Origin: Amoebidium appalachense
Lineage: Eukaryota; Protista; Ichthyosporea
Reading direction: 5' to 3'
DNA: 64,000 bases
Assembly (NCBI GenBank): GCA_963693365.1
Contig: CAVNZM010000005.1
Coordinates: 2,098,342 to 2,162,341 of the forward strand
The position numbers and the translations under genes were made by a program. This document shows positions 56,242 through 64,000 of the stretch, piece after piece. How positions within the stretch are numbered: position 1 is the first letter of the stretch; the number at the start of each line of letters is the position of its first letter. The notes below the pieces were generated by a model, which made no database searches, was not told the origin of the DNA, and worked only from the letters and a program-made list of their open reading frames with translations.

Positions 56242-57937
56242 CCGCGCGCGCGTGCTTTGTGTGTGGGTTTGAAGGGGGGGAGGGGGGGGGGGGACTGACG
56301 GAGGGGGAGGGGAGCTGCCCAACTTGTCTGCCTCTGAAATTACAACAAGTGGTACTGATTGCGTCTTCACCGCCCCAGCACATATCCTTTCTCCGGCGGA
56401 ATGAATTCTCCCCCCCCCCCCCCCCTCCCTGTGCACCCCCCCCCCCCCCCCCCCCCTGCCTTACACTCACCCTGGCTTTTGCGACATACAATGTTCATTT
56501 TTCTCGAACCCGGAAAAACCGCTATATTATTATATTCAATTGCAAAGCCGCAGATATAAACACGGGGGCCCGCATGACAGCAATCTTTTGAATTGGCATT
56601 GTTTCCGCACCAAAATAGGCTATTATTGTTAGCTACGCAGGACTGCTTCGAATGAATCATTGAATCTGTGTATTATTGTTGCACACATCTTGATGGAAAC
56701 AAATACGTGAATATGCTTATTTAACATTGGTACCTGCGTTGCCGCACTGTGTGATATCGGTAACTCAGGCCTTTTGGATCGCACAATGTTTATCGGATAT
56801 ATTTCTTAGCTGATGGCTGTGCAACGAAGTGAAAGGAAAACACAGCTTTTGGTTTCCATGACGTTGAGATCACGCTTGTATGCAAACCAGGCAAGCATGG
56901 CAGCTCCAACTGGGGAGAGCAGCGAGACCGAAGCACGTTTCTAAGAGTGCCGTTTGCTACAGTGTGGTAGGCCTTAATAGCCCTTAGTTAACTTAAAGCC
57001 TTAAAAACGTGATGTATGTCCACAAGCTCAAGAAGTAACGCGGGCCGGGAAGACAGAAGGGGGATAGCACACTACTTCTGTAAAACAAACCTGAGAGGCC
57101 AAATTTTGAGAGGTGAACCTACGGTGTATGGCGTAGGTGAAATATCTGCAATGCCAGCGCTAGCTTGCAGCAAGGATCCCAATTGTTGTGTCTCTAAGAT
57201 CACGTTCTGGCTGGGTGAATCCTGGCACGTCCTGATTGTGCCCTCTAGCCACTTGTACGATAAGTCGACGCTTGCTCTATTTTTCATTCGTTTTTCCTTG
57301 GAAAAAATGTAAGACATCGCAGGGCTTCCTCAAAGGAGCTGAAAGGGTAGCGGTGTAGCTACTAGTGCCAGATGCTGAGCTGACAAGGCAGCTGGCTCAG
57401 CTGGCTATCAACTTGCGTTGTGCGCAGGCTCAAGGTGATTGGTGTAGACCGTATCACTGACGTCATAATTTTCCCAGTAATCTCTACATGGTTAGACATT
57501 CTGAATTATAATTGGATGTCGGCGTAAGCGCGCAACCGTTTCAAACCAAACCCGTGCTCCGGACGACTGAGTTCTTGGTGAACCTCTTGACCTTCTCAGT
57601 CAGTCTTGAGTTGAATGCATGGGCAGAGTTGGAGAACATTACAATGAATTCACAAAACTTACGTCAAGAGGGATAAAGAGCGTATGTTTAAGGGTAAATC
57701 TTGACCATATAGATGAATTGGAAAGTTAAAGGGTCAAATTTACCTAGATCTGACTCCAGGTTGTGTGAGGGTGGGGTTCTTTTGCATAGTGGAAGGCTAT
57801 AGATTTAATCAGTAGCCCATAACTTGCTGGTCCTGTAGTCATGCCAGCTGTAGTCTAATAATTCTAGCTGGTCAGTTTAACACTGACCTTTTGCTTGCAA
57901 CATGCATTCACCCAAGGTCAAAACCAAACTTGGGCAG

Positions 57938-64000
<6,063 letters not shown>

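Noticed and set aside
56800-57900. Non-repetitive stretch with short minus-strand ORFs (e.g. 57072..57317)
   Set aside because: It has no recognisable motif and could be DOCK 5' intron/exon sequence or a decayed element.

Overview
This is eukaryotic nuclear DNA: it has spliceosomal GT-AG introns, long (GT)n/(CA)n and poly-C/poly-G tracts, and a DOCK-family gene. It most plausibly comes from a unicellular opisthokont such as an ichthyosporean (inference only). There are four zones. (1) 1-2112: 5' part of a minus-strand LTR retrotransposon (LTR plus frameshifted gag with a CCHC knuckle) inserted into an aquaporin gene. (2) ~2.1-34.9 kb: a gene-dense, intronless block that reads as an endogenised giant virus (Nucleocytoviricota). 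It encodes an A22/RuvC-like Holliday junction resolvase, a Nudix hydrolase, a penton/minor-capsid-like protein, Bro-N/KilA-N-like proteins, an SF3 helicase, an SPPY amino-methyltransferase, three PD-(D/E)XK paralogs, two putative clan-CE proteases, two ART-like proteins, and myristoylated or Cys-rich membrane proteins. Several genes share a TATA promoter, and a CCAAT-rich repeat region is duplicated. (3) ~34.9-50 kb: a minisatellite-rich transition zone with an intron-containing, motif-complete but reader-less KDM4-like JmjN/JmjC demethylase, a divergent coiled-coil gene and one more virus-like CCCH ORF. (4) >50 kb: host genes (a sarcosine-oxidase-family flavoprotein and the 5' exons of a DOCK-C/D GEF). 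No major capsid protein, PolB or packaging ATPase lies in the window. All family calls come from visual motif recognition, not database searches.
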